Origin: a bacterium | GTDB taxonomy: Bacteria > UBA10199 > 2-02-FULL-50-16 > JAJFLM01 | Length of the DNA stretch: 64,000 nucleotides | Assembly (NCBI GenBank): GCA_965216315.1 | Contig: CBDCFN010000015.1 | Coordinates: 64,001-128,000, forward strand | Direction of reading: 5' to 3' | Program-made: the position numbers and the translations under genes | Shown: piece by piece, positions 1 through 8,916 of the stretch | Layout of the letters: every line of letters starts with the position of its first letter | Numbering within the stretch: the first letter of the stretch is position 1 | Notes under the pieces: generated by a model | Seen by the model: the letters and a program-made list of their open reading frames with translations, nothing else | Database searches by the model: none | What the model was told of the DNA's origin: nothing

Positions 1-732
1 ACGCATCGGAAGTTCACGCAGCTGATATTCAAACCATTCGCGTCGCCTGAAACGATCGCGGAGTTCATTTAAATAACCGCCAGGACCGGCAACCTGGGGA
101 CTGATCATCACGCCACTCTCGCGAAACTCACGCGCTCGTTGGATGATACTCTCTTTCATTTCAATGTAGCGGACCTCTCCGCATCGCGCCGCAACGGCTA
201 ACAATTCAAGTGGCTCCGCAAAATAGAGATCATACGCCACATCGTTTTCCTCTTCGAGTCGATGTGGGGCATCAGGATAAAAGGCCAGTTGTGCCCCAAT
301 ACCCACTCCAAAAACCTTGAGATCATGGCGTCCCCGTAATGGAGAACGTTCATAGAGCCAACGCCACAGCGAGGCATAGCGCAAAGGTCGCGTATAGTTG
401 GCCGCCTGCCAACGACCAGACGTTTTTTCGGATAACTGTGTCGCCTCCTCCAACACGCGATAGTCCGGATCCGTCCCGACTGACAGTTTTTCGGCGCTAC
501 TTTGGTGAAGGCGGGCTTGCAATTCCGTTTCAATGCATCCCGAACTCAACAAACGATCGAGGCGTACTTCCAGTTCATGCGTACTCACCGGCGCCGGACG
601 CGTATAGGTTGAGGCCACATGCGCCGAATCGACCAAATTGCGGCTTACCTGTGACAAACGGTTCCACCAGAGGGGCGCGCCCGCCAGGACCGGCGTCGCG
701 GTCAGCGGCAGGCTTGCAAGTGACACATACAT
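1..732 (-). CDS. Orphan protein, 3' end outside window; possible class I SAM-methyltransferase-like fold
   Basis: Manually translated; absent from the ORF track because it has no stop in the window. 244 open codons from ATG 732: MYVSLASLPLTATPVLAGAPLWWNR...RYASLW...LKVFGVGIGAQ...EPLELLAV...VRYIEMK. The Gly-rich strand suggests a SAM-binding motif I (weak). Confidence 0.7.
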   Translation of the reverse strand, partial: MYVSLASLPLTATPVLAGAPLWWNRLSQVSRNLVDSAHVASTYTRPAPVSTHELEVRLDRLLSSGCIETELQARLHQSSAEKLSVGTDPDYRVLEEATQLSEKTSGRWQAANYTRPLRYASLWRWLYERSPLRGRHDLKVFGVGIGAQLAFYPDAPHRLEEENDVAYDLYFAEPLELLAVAARCGEVRYIEMKESIIQRAREFRESGVMISPQVAGPGGYLNELRDRFRRREWFEYQLRELPMR

Positions 733-740
733 AGGCCGTC

Positions 741-766
741 TATCGACCTGGCCACAAAAATGTTGT
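741..766 (-). promoter_or_regulatory. Shared motif copy 1: ACAAC-N16-CGATA, 8 nt before ATG 732
   Basis: Minus strand reads acaac atttttgtggccaggt cgata gacggcct ATG. Confidence 0.65.
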
Positions 767-804
767 GGCTTGACCGCAGCACAGGGACATGAAATGCCCA
801 TGAG

Positions 805-1626
805 ATGAAGCTTTTTGATGCCCATGTTCACCTCTGGCCCAATCGGCTCCATGAGGCGATTTGGAAGTGGTTCGATGAACACGCTTGGCAAATCCGCTAT
901 AAAATCTATGCAGACCAAGCCGTTCAGCAACTCAGTGAACAGGGTATTGATGGGTTTCTCGTCCTCAACTATGCGCACAAGGCAGGGATGGCCGAGTCCC
1001 TGAATGAATGGACCTACAACTTTTGTAAACGATATCCGCAAGCCGTGCTCCTCGGGGCCATTCACCCTGACGATGAAAATCGAGATAAAATCTTAGAACG
1101 TTGTTTCAATGACTATGGTTTTGCCGGGATCAAGTTTCATTGTCACGTCAGTGCGATCCGCCCCGATGACGAACGCATGTTCCCTATTTATGAAAAACTC
1201 ATCGAGCATGACAAACTCATCGTCTTGCATGCCGGTGTCGGACCCAGTCTGCGCGGGTACAAAGAAACCACGAAAGACATCAGCGGAATCCGTTTTGTCG
1301 AACCCGTCCTCAGACGCTATCCGCAACTCAAGATGATCATGCCCCATCTCGGCGCCGATGAAGTCGATGAGTTCTTCGACCTCATGGACCCGTACCCCAA
1401 CCTCTGGCTCGACACGACCATGGTCGTTGCGGGTTTCTTCCCGCTCGAGATACCCTGGGGCAAGATTGAACACTATTCGGACCGCATCCTCTATGGCAGT
1501 GACTTCCCCCACATCCCCTACGACATGATGACGGAGATAAACGTCATCCAAGAGGCGCCCTTGTCCCAATCAGCGAAACAGAATCTCTTCTACGCGAATG
1601 CCGCCCGCCTCCTCGGACTGCGCTAA
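805..1626 (+). CDS. Amidohydrolase_2 family metal-dependent hydrolase
   Basis: DAHVH N-terminal metal motif, GIKFH, PHLG, LYGSDFPH, NAARLL. Confidence 0.9.
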   Translation: MKLFDAHVHLWPNRLHEAIWKWFDEHAWQIRYKIYADQAVQQLSEQGIDGFLVLNYAHKAGMAESLNEWTYNFCKRYPQAVLLGAIHPDDENRDKILERCFNDYGFAGIKFHCHVSAIRPDDERMFPIYEKLIEHDKLIVLHAGVGPSLRGYKETTKDISGIRFVEPVLRRYPQLKMIMPHLGADEVDEFFDLMDPYPNLWLDTTMVVAGFFPLEIPWGKIEHYSDRILYGSDFPHIPYDMMTEINVIQEAPLSQSAKQNLFYANAARLLGLR

Positions 1627-1697
1627 GTCACCCGTTTCGAATCCTGTTGAAGCCTATAAACCAAATATTAACAGCTAGTTAGAGCTTTGTTTTCATA

Positions 1698-1723
1698 GCA
1701 ACTTCTATGGAGGCACTGCGATA
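1698..1723 (+). promoter_or_regulatory. Shared motif copy 2: GCAAC-N16-CGATA, 11 nt before ATG 1735
   Basis: gcaac ttctatggaggcactg cgata agcgcactgca ATG. Confidence 0.65.
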
Positions 1724-1734
1724 AGCGCACTGCA

Positions 1735-3051
1735 ATGACTGGCTTATTTGCACCCATGCAGGCTTACAACGCCCAAACAGCCCTGGCCTCAGCCCAACAG
1801 CTGAACATGACGCCCATCTATGGGCTGATCCAGAATCTCACCGCGTTGCGGCTTCTAGCCGAAAATAACGACTTCACGGATGACGCCAGCTTTAACATCA
1901 AGATAAACGAAGAAGTTCAACGGCTCGGTCATAACTTACAGCAACTGCCGGAATGGATGCTCCCGGAATACATCCGCTCGCAGCTGGATGCACTTCCCAC
2001 CGATCCCGAGGAACGTCAGACCTTTATTGAGCAAGTCGAGGGGCTAGTTGCACGGGATAATTGGTTTCATAAGCGAGCACGAGGCGAATCGGTACGCGGC
2101 ACCGAACTCCTTGAAACGGACCCCGCCGCGAGTCCTGAACGAGAACGACCGCCTTTTATCCCTCGCGCTTACAAGACGGAGGTCCCGGTCCAAAGCGAAG
2201 ACCATGAACGGATCCGCCTCTCCGGTTATCGCATCGGCGAAGAATATGCCTTGTATCGCGCGCTCCATCCCGATTCGCCTTACAAATTAGTAAACCTGGC
2301 CTCCTTCACGGGCGGCGGCGTCAGCTCACATATTGTTCCCCAAGTGGTTCGATTGTTGAGGCGGGAAGGCCTACGAGTTAGAGAGATCACTTTATCCGCA
2401 CCCAATCAAGGACCTGGGCTGGTCCGCGCCGAAACTCGAGATCGCGTCGACACGGCAGACGTCATGATAATCGATGATGTCCAAGTCCTTCCGTCTAATA
2501 AGTACGATGAGCTGGCCCGCGGACTCAGCCGATTTTTCAGCAAAGATACGGAGCAAGACCGCTCTGTTTTAATCATCGGTGGGCATAAATTTCTACCGAG
2601 CGCTCCCGACGATCAACTTTTTCATTTACACGATATCACTAACAATACGACGGGCCGACACATCGCCAATGATGACGAACGCCTGGATGTCATTTTTGCT
2701 CCGAAGCCGCTTAATAGGCGTCAGTCCCAACGAGTCCTAACTCAAAGAGCCGGTCATCTTTCGAGCGCAGATAAATATCGTTACACGGATTTTGTCCTCG
2801 CCCGCATCGCGCCCTACTTGAGCCTCTTACGGGAATACACGCTCTCAGACCAAATCAAGAGCCTTGAAGATGGCTTGGTATTATTTGCCAACTTGTTCGG
2901 CGACCAAGAACGTCTGGCCCGCGCCCTCCGCCGAGCTTCTATTTTTCCCGGCACCGGAAACCACGTCGATCCTTTCACGCAATCCCTACAAGCGCTGCGC
3001 CGCGGCGTCGTCGGTGATGTAAAAAAATACCTCGACGAGTTGGCCGAATAA
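1735..3051 (+). CDS. Orphan protein with degenerate P-loop/AAA+-like domain
   Basis: 438 aa. LVNLASFTGGGVSS (Walker A-like, Lys missing) and DVMIIDDVQVL (Walker B like DnaA/Hda). First 38 residues uncharged. Confidence 0.7.
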   Translation: MTGLFAPMQAYNAQTALASAQQLNMTPIYGLIQNLTALRLLAENNDFTDDASFNIKINEEVQRLGHNLQQLPEWMLPEYIRSQLDALPTDPEERQTFIEQVEGLVARDNWFHKRARGESVRGTELLETDPAASPERERPPFIPRAYKTEVPVQSEDHERIRLSGYRIGEEYALYRALHPDSPYKLVNLASFTGGGVSSHIVPQVVRLLRREGLRVREITLSAPNQGPGLVRAETRDRVDTADVMIIDDVQVLPSNKYDELARGLSRFFSKDTEQDRSVLIIGGHKFLPSAPDDQLFHLHDITNNTTGRHIANDDERLDVIFAPKPLNRRQSQRVLTQRAGHLSSADKYRYTDFVLARIAPYLSLLREYTLSDQIKSLEDGLVLFANLFGDQERLARALRRASIFPGTGNHVDPFTQSLQALRRGVVGDVKKYLDELAE

Positions 3052-3094
3052 GCGAATCAAAATTGTATCTTTTTCGCCCAGAATATTTTTACGT

Positions 3095-3120
3095 TTGAAA
3101 TAAATTAATATTTATTTCAA
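3095..3120. promoter_or_regulatory. AT-rich inverted repeat upstream of TIGR02147 gene (candidate operator; overlaps IHF-like site)
   Basis: TTGAAATAAAT-taat-ATTTATTTCAA; the half-site recurs at 46035-46045 upstream of the paralog. Confidence 0.45.
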
Positions 3121-3210
3121 GTAGTTAGATAACTCTGTGTATCTTTTTGTGCACAATAATGTCTCGAAAGCCTTGATCTAGTCGTTCCATTTTCCTAAGG
3201 ACCTAGAACA

Positions 3211-4053
3211 ATGCCACCACGCGTGAACATCTATGAATACCTGGATTACCGTCAGTTTCTTAAGGACTGGTATGAAGCCACCAAACGAACCCGTGCCGGA
3301 ATGTCGTATCGTACCTTCTCTAAACGGGCAGGATTCAGCTCACCGAATACCCTTAAATTAGTGATGGAAGGGGAACGCAATCTGACCCCGGCCAGTATCG
3401 AAAAATTCATTCTAGGACTGAAACTTGATTCGAGAGAGCAGGAATTCTTTCGCAACCTGGTTCAATTTAATCAATCGTTTAACCCGGTCGAAAAAAATGA
3501 TTTCTACAAACGGCTGCTTCAATCGCGCAAGTTTAGCCAACTCAAACCGATTGAAAGGCATCAATACGACTATTATTCCAAATGGTATAATCCGGTCATT
3601 CGTGAACTGGTCGCCTCCCCACATTTTGATGGAACGGCGGAATGGATCGCACAAAATATCTATCCACCCATCACTCCCGCACAAGCTGAAAAATCAATGG
3701 AGCTATTAAAACTCCTGGGCTTTATCACGAAAAAAAAGGGGCGCTGGCAACAAACCACTTCCATCCTTTCAACCGGCCCCGAAGTGAAGTCATTCGTATT
3801 TTTTAACTACCATAAGAACCTATTGGCATTAAGCGGTGAAATACTAGAATCACTCCCCGCACCACAGCGTGATGTGAGCGCTTTGACACTTGGTGTCTCT
3901 AAAGACCGTCTGCCTTTTTTAAAGAAAAAAATTCTGGAATTCCGACAGGAAATTCTCAAGCTCGTCGCGTCAGACGAGCCATCGCAGGTATTTCATATCA
4001 ATATCCAATTGTTCCCGGTATCGCTTCCCTTGGACCCGGAGGATATGGCATGA
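3211..4053 (+). CDS. TIGR02147/DUF4423 family protein (N-terminal HTH-like domain)
   Basis: IYEYLDYRQFLKDWY, SYRTFSKRAGFSS, WYNPVIREL, RDVSALTLGV, NIQLFPV. Confidence 0.85.
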   Translation: MPPRVNIYEYLDYRQFLKDWYEATKRTRAGMSYRTFSKRAGFSSPNTLKLVMEGERNLTPASIEKFILGLKLDSREQEFFRNLVQFNQSFNPVEKNDFYKRLLQSRKFSQLKPIERHQYDYYSKWYNPVIRELVASPHFDGTAEWIAQNIYPPITPAQAEKSMELLKLLGFITKKKGRWQQTTSILSTGPEVKSFVFFNYHKNLLALSGEILESLPAPQRDVSALTLGVSKDRLPFLKKKILEFRQEILKLVASDEPSQVFHINIQLFPVSLPLDPEDMA

Positions 4054-4832
4054 AGCGCATGAAGCTCCTGCTGATACTGATTCCATTCCTATGCCATTGC
4101 GGCAGTAGCGGAGGAACGGACTCGGGGAACCCGGATAAAATCAGCCTGAATATCATCAGCTATCGCTCCAGCGATTTTCAGCAAATCGCCGTGAACGGTC
4201 TGACTTTGAATACGGCGCAGGTCGTCCTAGATCGAATCCGTTTCCGCAGCCTCAACGAATGTGATGATGAATTTGAAAACGCGAGTCCCATCGAGTTCGG
4301 CGGACCCTTCATCATCGATTTATTGCAACCCTCGAGTCTCGTAGAGCTCGACGATCTCGATGTTCCTGCGGGAACCTATTGCAGCATCACACTGCGTTTC
4401 AAAAAAATCGCCGGCAATCCCAGCACTGAAAACGTGATTGTCGGTCGTAGCGTTTATATTGAGGGAGAACGGGGCGACGGCACTCCCTTTCAAGTTGAAT
4501 TAACTCAAGACGAAGACTTCGAACTGCAAAACGATGCCAATGGTTTCCTAGTCGACAATGCTGAAAGCAAAGAAAGTTTTTTCATCGCCTTTGACCTGGA
4601 GCAGTGGTTCAATAGCGTTAACCTAAATCATGCTACAACGAGCAGCGATTCAAACGGCGACCCCATCATTTTTATCAGTGCAGAGCAAAATTCAAACATT
4701 CAAGAACAAATAATCGACAATATTCAAGGCTCTGCCGATTTACTTCGGGATGAGAACAACGATCAAGAACTGGACGAAGAAGAACTGGAACCATCACTGG
4801 CACAGGGAAAAGAAGGAACTCCGGTGTTTTAA
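4050..4832 (+). CDS. Lipoprotein, DUF4382-like; paralog of 44241-45077
   Basis: Lipobox-like LCHC-GSSGG; ATGA overlap with upstream gene; shares AQxVLDxIRFR, GPFxxDLL, PAGxYC, FFIAFDLxQWF with its paralog. Confidence 0.8.
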   Translation: MKRMKLLLILIPFLCHCGSSGGTDSGNPDKISLNIISYRSSDFQQIAVNGLTLNTAQVVLDRIRFRSLNECDDEFENASPIEFGGPFIIDLLQPSSLVELDDLDVPAGTYCSITLRFKKIAGNPSTENVIVGRSVYIEGERGDGTPFQVELTQDEDFELQNDANGFLVDNAESKESFFIAFDLEQWFNSVNLNHATTSSDSNGDPIIFISAEQNSNIQEQIIDNIQGSADLLRDENNDQELDEEELEPSLAQGKEGTPVF

Positions 4833-4856
4833 TTTATATTTAAGGAGGACTCATTG

Positions 4857-6275
4857 ATGAATCATTCATTTAAATCGATTTCGGTAACATTATCATTGTT
4901 ATTTCTAGCCATGAGCTGCGGCGGGGGCGGCGGGGGCAAAAAATGTGACTTCCAAGCCCAAAGCGGCTGCGACGACGGTCAGGTCTGCGAGCAGACGACC
5001 GACGGCAAAAACGGCTGTTTTGAGCCTTTTGCCGTGCGCGGGAATGTTTTCGATCTTGCCGACGAAACCCCCATCGAAGGGGCTCATGTCATTGCACGTG
5101 ATGCCAACGGATCCGTAGCCAGCACACTGGCCGTCACGGATGCTGATGGGGCCTATGAATTAGAAGTCTCCGTTACGCGCGATGAAGACGGCAATCCGCT
5201 GGACAACAACATTACACTCCGCGCGGATGCGACGGGCTATCAAACTTTTCCTGGCGGCGTACGGCAAGCTCTCCCTATTGATCTGAGTACGGCTGTCGAA
5301 GACACGGCAGCCCTGGTTGTTGAGTCATCCTTGACGGATATAGCACTGATCGCGCTGGAAGGCGGAGCAGGCACGGCCTCAATCAGCGGAACAGTAGAAA
5401 TTCCCGAGGAGTCCGCCGGCGCCTTGGTCGTTGCCGAAAACGGTGGCGGCGCTGGTTTTACGGCTCTTGCCGACCGAGAAGGAACCTACAAAATATTCAA
5501 CCTCGATGCCGACAGTTACACGGTCCGTGGTTTCGCCCAGGGCGTCAACTACGACAGTCAGGGCGTAGATCTGGCAGATGATGAAGAAGCTACTGTTGAC
5601 CTGTCAATCGCCAATGAAGATGCAGGTGCCGTCAGCGGCAGTGTCCAAATCGTCAATGCGCCGGGAAGCTCACTGACATCAGTCATCCTGGCCGTGGAAT
5701 CCACCTTCGATGAAACCCTGGTCCGAGGCGAAGTCCCGCCTGGCCTTCGCGCTCCGGCCCCCGGAACTGCACCAAATATTTCTGGCGAATATCTGATCGA
5801 AGGTGTCCCCGCCGGTGACTACGTCATCCTCGCGGCGTTTGAAGACGACCTGCTCGTGCGCGATCCCGACCTTTCGATTGCCGGCACCAGCCTATTACGT
5901 ATCACGGTCGCTGCGGGAGAAACAACCGATGTGGAAGGCTTCAAGATTACCGAAGCATTGAACATTATCAGCCCGGGAGCCAGTGGCCAGGAAGCTGTCA
6001 GCAACCCGCCGACTTTCACCTGGGACGATGATTCGTCGGAAGATGAATACCAGGTCACGGTCTTCGATAGCTTCGGCAATATTGTCTGGGAAACCAGCAT
6101 CGACGGCGTCAGTGGTTCTGACCCCTCCGTCACCTATGATGTCGATGGCACCGGGGCCGGCACGGCAACCGCGCTGGAAGCCGATATGTTCTACCAGTTC
6201 CGAGCGACATCATTAAAAGATGGCGTACCGATTTCACAGACAGAGGATCTAAAAGGCGTTTTCTTTTTAGAGTAA
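4857..6275 (+). CDS. Acidic lipoprotein with Cys-rich N-terminus and carboxypeptidase-regulatory-like (Ig) repeats
   Basis: AGGAGG Shine-Dalgarno; lipobox AMSC then Gly run and CDFQAQSGCDDGQVCEQ; repeated TDADGAYEL/ADREGTYKI beta-sandwich motifs. Confidence 0.8.
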   Translation: MNHSFKSISVTLSLLFLAMSCGGGGGGKKCDFQAQSGCDDGQVCEQTTDGKNGCFEPFAVRGNVFDLADETPIEGAHVIARDANGSVASTLAVTDADGAYELEVSVTRDEDGNPLDNNITLRADATGYQTFPGGVRQALPIDLSTAVEDTAALVVESSLTDIALIALEGGAGTASISGTVEIPEESAGALVVAENGGGAGFTALADREGTYKIFNLDADSYTVRGFAQGVNYDSQGVDLADDEEATVDLSIANEDAGAVSGSVQIVNAPGSSLTSVILAVESTFDETLVRGEVPPGLRAPAPGTAPNISGEYLIEGVPAGDYVILAAFEDDLLVRDPDLSIAGTSLLRITVAAGETTDVEGFKITEALNIISPGASGQEAVSNPPTFTWDDDSSEDEYQVTVFDSFGNIVWETSIDGVSGSDPSVTYDVDGTGAGTATALEADMFYQFRATSLKDGVPISQTEDLKGVFFLE

Positions 6276-6313
6276 ACCAAACCAAAGCAGTCCATTGGAC
6301 TGCGTCTCAGCAG

Positions 6314-6354
6314 GGCCGCGGCAATGAATACTACCCCAATCATTTGCCGCGGCC
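6314..6354. terminator. GC-rich stem-loop (terminator or mRNA stabiliser)
   Basis: GGCCGCGGCAA...TTGCCGCGGCC 11-bp stem after gene end; no clear U-tract. Confidence 0.45.
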
Positions 6355-6391
6355 GCTGTGCTTATCAAAACTACGGTACGGAGGATGATTC

Positions 6392-6913
6392 ATGAAAACG
6401 AAACGAAACTTCTTTAAAAATACGTTTCTTGGAATAGTCGCATTTACTTTATTAAGCACAACATGTTTTGCGATACCGAGCGAAACAACGGCCTATGGCC
6501 CCAAAGGCCGACGCTTCGGGGCCGGCATTATTGCCGGTGAACCGACCGGCATCAGCCTACGCGGTTATGTGAGCTCGCGGGTTGCACTTGATCTGATAGC
6601 ATCTTGGTCGTTTTTAGATGATGCACTGACATTAATCGGCGATGTTACTTACGACTTCTTCGATATTCCGGTGAACACAAACAGCTTCTCATTACCTTTT
6701 TATGCGGGTGCCGGAGGCATTCTCGGTTTTGGGCAAAGAGGAAAAAACGATGGGAGAACGATTGTCGGCGTCCGCGTCCCTGTCGGGGTTGCCATGCAGT
6801 TTATCAACCATCCCGTGGAAGTTTTCTTTGAGGTGGCGCCGGGCGTCCAATTGGCGCCTTCAACTAAATTTGATATCACGGGCGGCATCGGCGTTCGTTA
6901 TTATTTCTTTTAG
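6392..6913 (+). CDS. Small outer-membrane beta-barrel protein (DUF3996-like)
   Basis: Signal peptide; FGAGIIAGEPTGIS, GVRVPVG, VFFEVAPG; C-terminal GIGVRYYFF beta-signal. Confidence 0.8.
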   Translation: MKTKRNFFKNTFLGIVAFTLLSTTCFAIPSETTAYGPKGRRFGAGIIAGEPTGISLRGYVSSRVALDLIASWSFLDDALTLIGDVTYDFFDIPVNTNSFSLPFYAGAGGILGFGQRGKNDGRTIVGVRVPVGVAMQFINHPVEVFFEVAPGVQLAPSTKFDITGGIGVRYYFF

Positions 6914-6975
6914 TTTCAATATATTGTTTATAAAAATGACATGATGTGGGGTGGCAATGCTATAATCGCCACCCC

Positions 6976-7764
6976 ATGCTTATTGAGATCTCCGAAGGCA
7001 TTCCGCTGAAGACTCTCATCCAAATGGGAACTCTTGCCCTTCTCGTCTCACTTGAAAGCTGGTGGCCTCAGTTTCAAGTGAGACGCGGACGGCTTCAGCA
7101 TGATCTCACCAACCTCGGTTTCGGTCTGGGCAATGCGATGATCATTTTGCTCTTGTTCTCGGGGGTTATGGCGATCGTCGCCGCTCAAACGACTGCATCC
7201 CATTTTGGTCTCTTGAACCTGTGGCCCGGCCCCGCCTGGCTCCGCTGGTGTGGAGCAGTCGTACTCTTCGATCTATGGATGTACCTCTGGCACCGGGCCA
7301 ATCACAGGATACATTTTTTGTGGCGCTTTCACCGCATGCATCACACCGATTCGACATTGGATGCCAGCTCAGCACTCCGCTTTCATCCGGGAGAGATTAT
7401 CTTATCATCATTACTGAGGCTGCTCGTCTTGCCTCTGCTCGGCATGACGCTGGCGGAACTTCTTCTTTACGAAACCTTATTGCAACCGGTTATTCTGCTG
7501 CATCATAGTAACATCCGCTTTCCCGAACCGCTTGATCGCGTCCTGCGAGCCGTCATCGTCACACCGCACATGCACTGGCTCCACCACTCGGACCGAGTGC
7601 AAGAACATAACTCCAACTATGCGAGTATCTTTTCGTGGTGGGATCGAATTGGGCGTAGTTTTCGTCACCGTAAAGATATCGAGGCGATCGACTACGGATT
7701 GCCTCAGTTTCAAGGTCCACAATGGCAGAGCGCTGTCGGCATGATTCAGACACCTCTGAAATAA
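6976..7764 (+). CDS. Sterol desaturase / fatty acid hydroxylase family protein
   Basis: His boxes HRANH, HRMHH, HWLHH. Start moved to ATG 6976, just after TGcTATAAT. Confidence 0.9.
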   Translation: MLIEISEGIPLKTLIQMGTLALLVSLESWWPQFQVRRGRLQHDLTNLGFGLGNAMIILLLFSGVMAIVAAQTTASHFGLLNLWPGPAWLRWCGAVVLFDLWMYLWHRANHRIHFLWRFHRMHHTDSTLDASSALRFHPGEIILSSLLRLLVLPLLGMTLAELLLYETLLQPVILLHHSNIRFPEPLDRVLRAVIVTPHMHWLHHSDRVQEHNSNYASIFSWWDRIGRSFRHRKDIEAIDYGLPQFQGPQWQSAVGMIQTPLK

Positions 7765-7775
7765 AACTGTCTTTG

Positions 7776-7860
7776 CGGAGAGGGAGGGATTCGAACCCTC
7801 GGTACGTTGCCGCACACACGCTTTCCAAGCGTGCGCCTTAAGCCACTCGGCCACCTCTCC
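7776..7860 (-). tRNA. tRNA-Ser (anticodon GGA), CCA not encoded
   Basis: GGAGAGGTGGCCGAGTGGCTTAAGGCG-CACGC TTGGAAA GCGTG-long variable arm-GAGGGTTCGAATCCCTC-CCTCTCCG. Confidence 0.97.
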
Positions 7861-8041
7861 GTAATAATGGGGGTGTGTGCTCTGCCCAACACCCCCATAC
7901 CCCATAAATGGTTCACTCGCGCGGAGTCAATCCGACGCTCGTTCACGAACACTCCATTTGATAGAGTTTTTTTGACAGTTCGTAAATAGTTTTCTCGGAA
8001 GCTAGACACGGGAGAGATATTAAGTTACGGCCCACCTAATT

Positions 8042-8329
8042 ATGGCTGATATTCAATTGAGCGCTGAACTGACAAACTCAGGCTGGAGCGTCAACGTCCA
8101 AGTCCATGAAAATGGCACTGAGACGCGGCACCAAGTCAGCGTGCCCAAAAAGGACTATGAAGCCCTCACCGACGGCAAGGTCGCAGTCGGCGAACTCGTC
8201 AAGGCCTCCTTTGAATTCTTACTGGAACACGAGCCCAAAGAGGCCATTCTTTCCGCTTTTGATATCATGACCATCGCCCGCTATTTCCCGAATTATTCTG
8301 ACGCCATCCGTCAACGTCTGGGTATTTAA
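8042..8329 (+). CDS. Small hypothetical protein
   Basis: 95 aa, normal composition; ELVKASFEFLLEHEPKEAILSAFDIMTIARYFP resembles a conserved uncharacterised family. Confidence 0.75.
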   Translation: MADIQLSAELTNSGWSVNVQVHENGTETRHQVSVPKKDYEALTDGKVAVGELVKASFEFLLEHEPKEAILSAFDIMTIARYFPNYSDAIRQRLGI

Positions 8330-8466
8330 CGCGGTGCACTCAGACAAACATCTGATATGATTAGCAAAATGCAATGCGTTATAGAGTCGGCGCAAATACC
8401 TATCAATAAAGGATTTGCGAGCGATAGAATCTTTACCCTCGAGGGAAAAATATCGTATAATAGGAT

Positions 8467-8829
8467 GTGATCCGGAAACAAATCATCTCATTAATCGCGC
8501 TGATTCTAATGGCGTGGTCCGCTTCAGCGTGGGCGGATTGCTATATCTTCAATCTTGGCGATGGTGATCGACTTCACGACTGTGATGACAGTCGCGATAG
8601 CGGTTACGAGATCGGTTTTGGTGGCGGTGACGGTGTGCTCATGCGCCAGGATGGACTCGTTGACTATGTATTCGGAATCGACGAAGTCGACTCGGTGATT
8701 ATGCGTTCTGATGGACGTATCGATGACGCGTATCACGTCGGCTATGGCAATGCCTTTGTCGTCCAGGATTTGCCGCCCATCGACCAAAGCATCGACCTAA
8801 CCTATATGCGGCTCGAAGCACATCCTTGA
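8467..8829 (+). CDS. Secreted acidic protein with ~20-aa repeats
   Basis: Sec signal ending AWA; repeats GDGVLMRQDGLVD / VDSVIMRSDGRID. Confidence 0.7.
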   Translation: MIRKQIISLIALILMAWSASAWADCYIFNLGDGDRLHDCDDSRDSGYEIGFGGGDGVLMRQDGLVDYVFGIDEVDSVIMRSDGRIDDAYHVGYGNAFVVQDLPPIDQSIDLTYMRLEAHP

Positions 8830-8916
8830 GGAGCTTCATTGCGATCGTCACGGCTGTATCGGGATTCAGATCAGCTAGGTGTTAACGATCAATTTGCCGA
8901 ATCATACGGCGATCGC

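Noticed and set aside
198..734. ORF-track ORFs 198-533(-) and 339-734(+)
   Set aside because: Alternative frames of the longer open minus-strand ORF 1-732.
7867..7898. 10-bp hairpin just upstream of tRNA-Ser as a separate ncRNA
   Set aside because: Too short and featureless; probably tRNA leader structure.
7477..8009. Minus-strand ORFs spanning the tRNA
   Set aside because: They translate tRNA-Ser and the antisense of the desaturase gene; spurious.
8400..8430. GCGATAG upstream of the 8467 gene as a motif copy
   Set aside because: No CAAC at the right distance; TATAAT 5 nt before the start explains the gene better.
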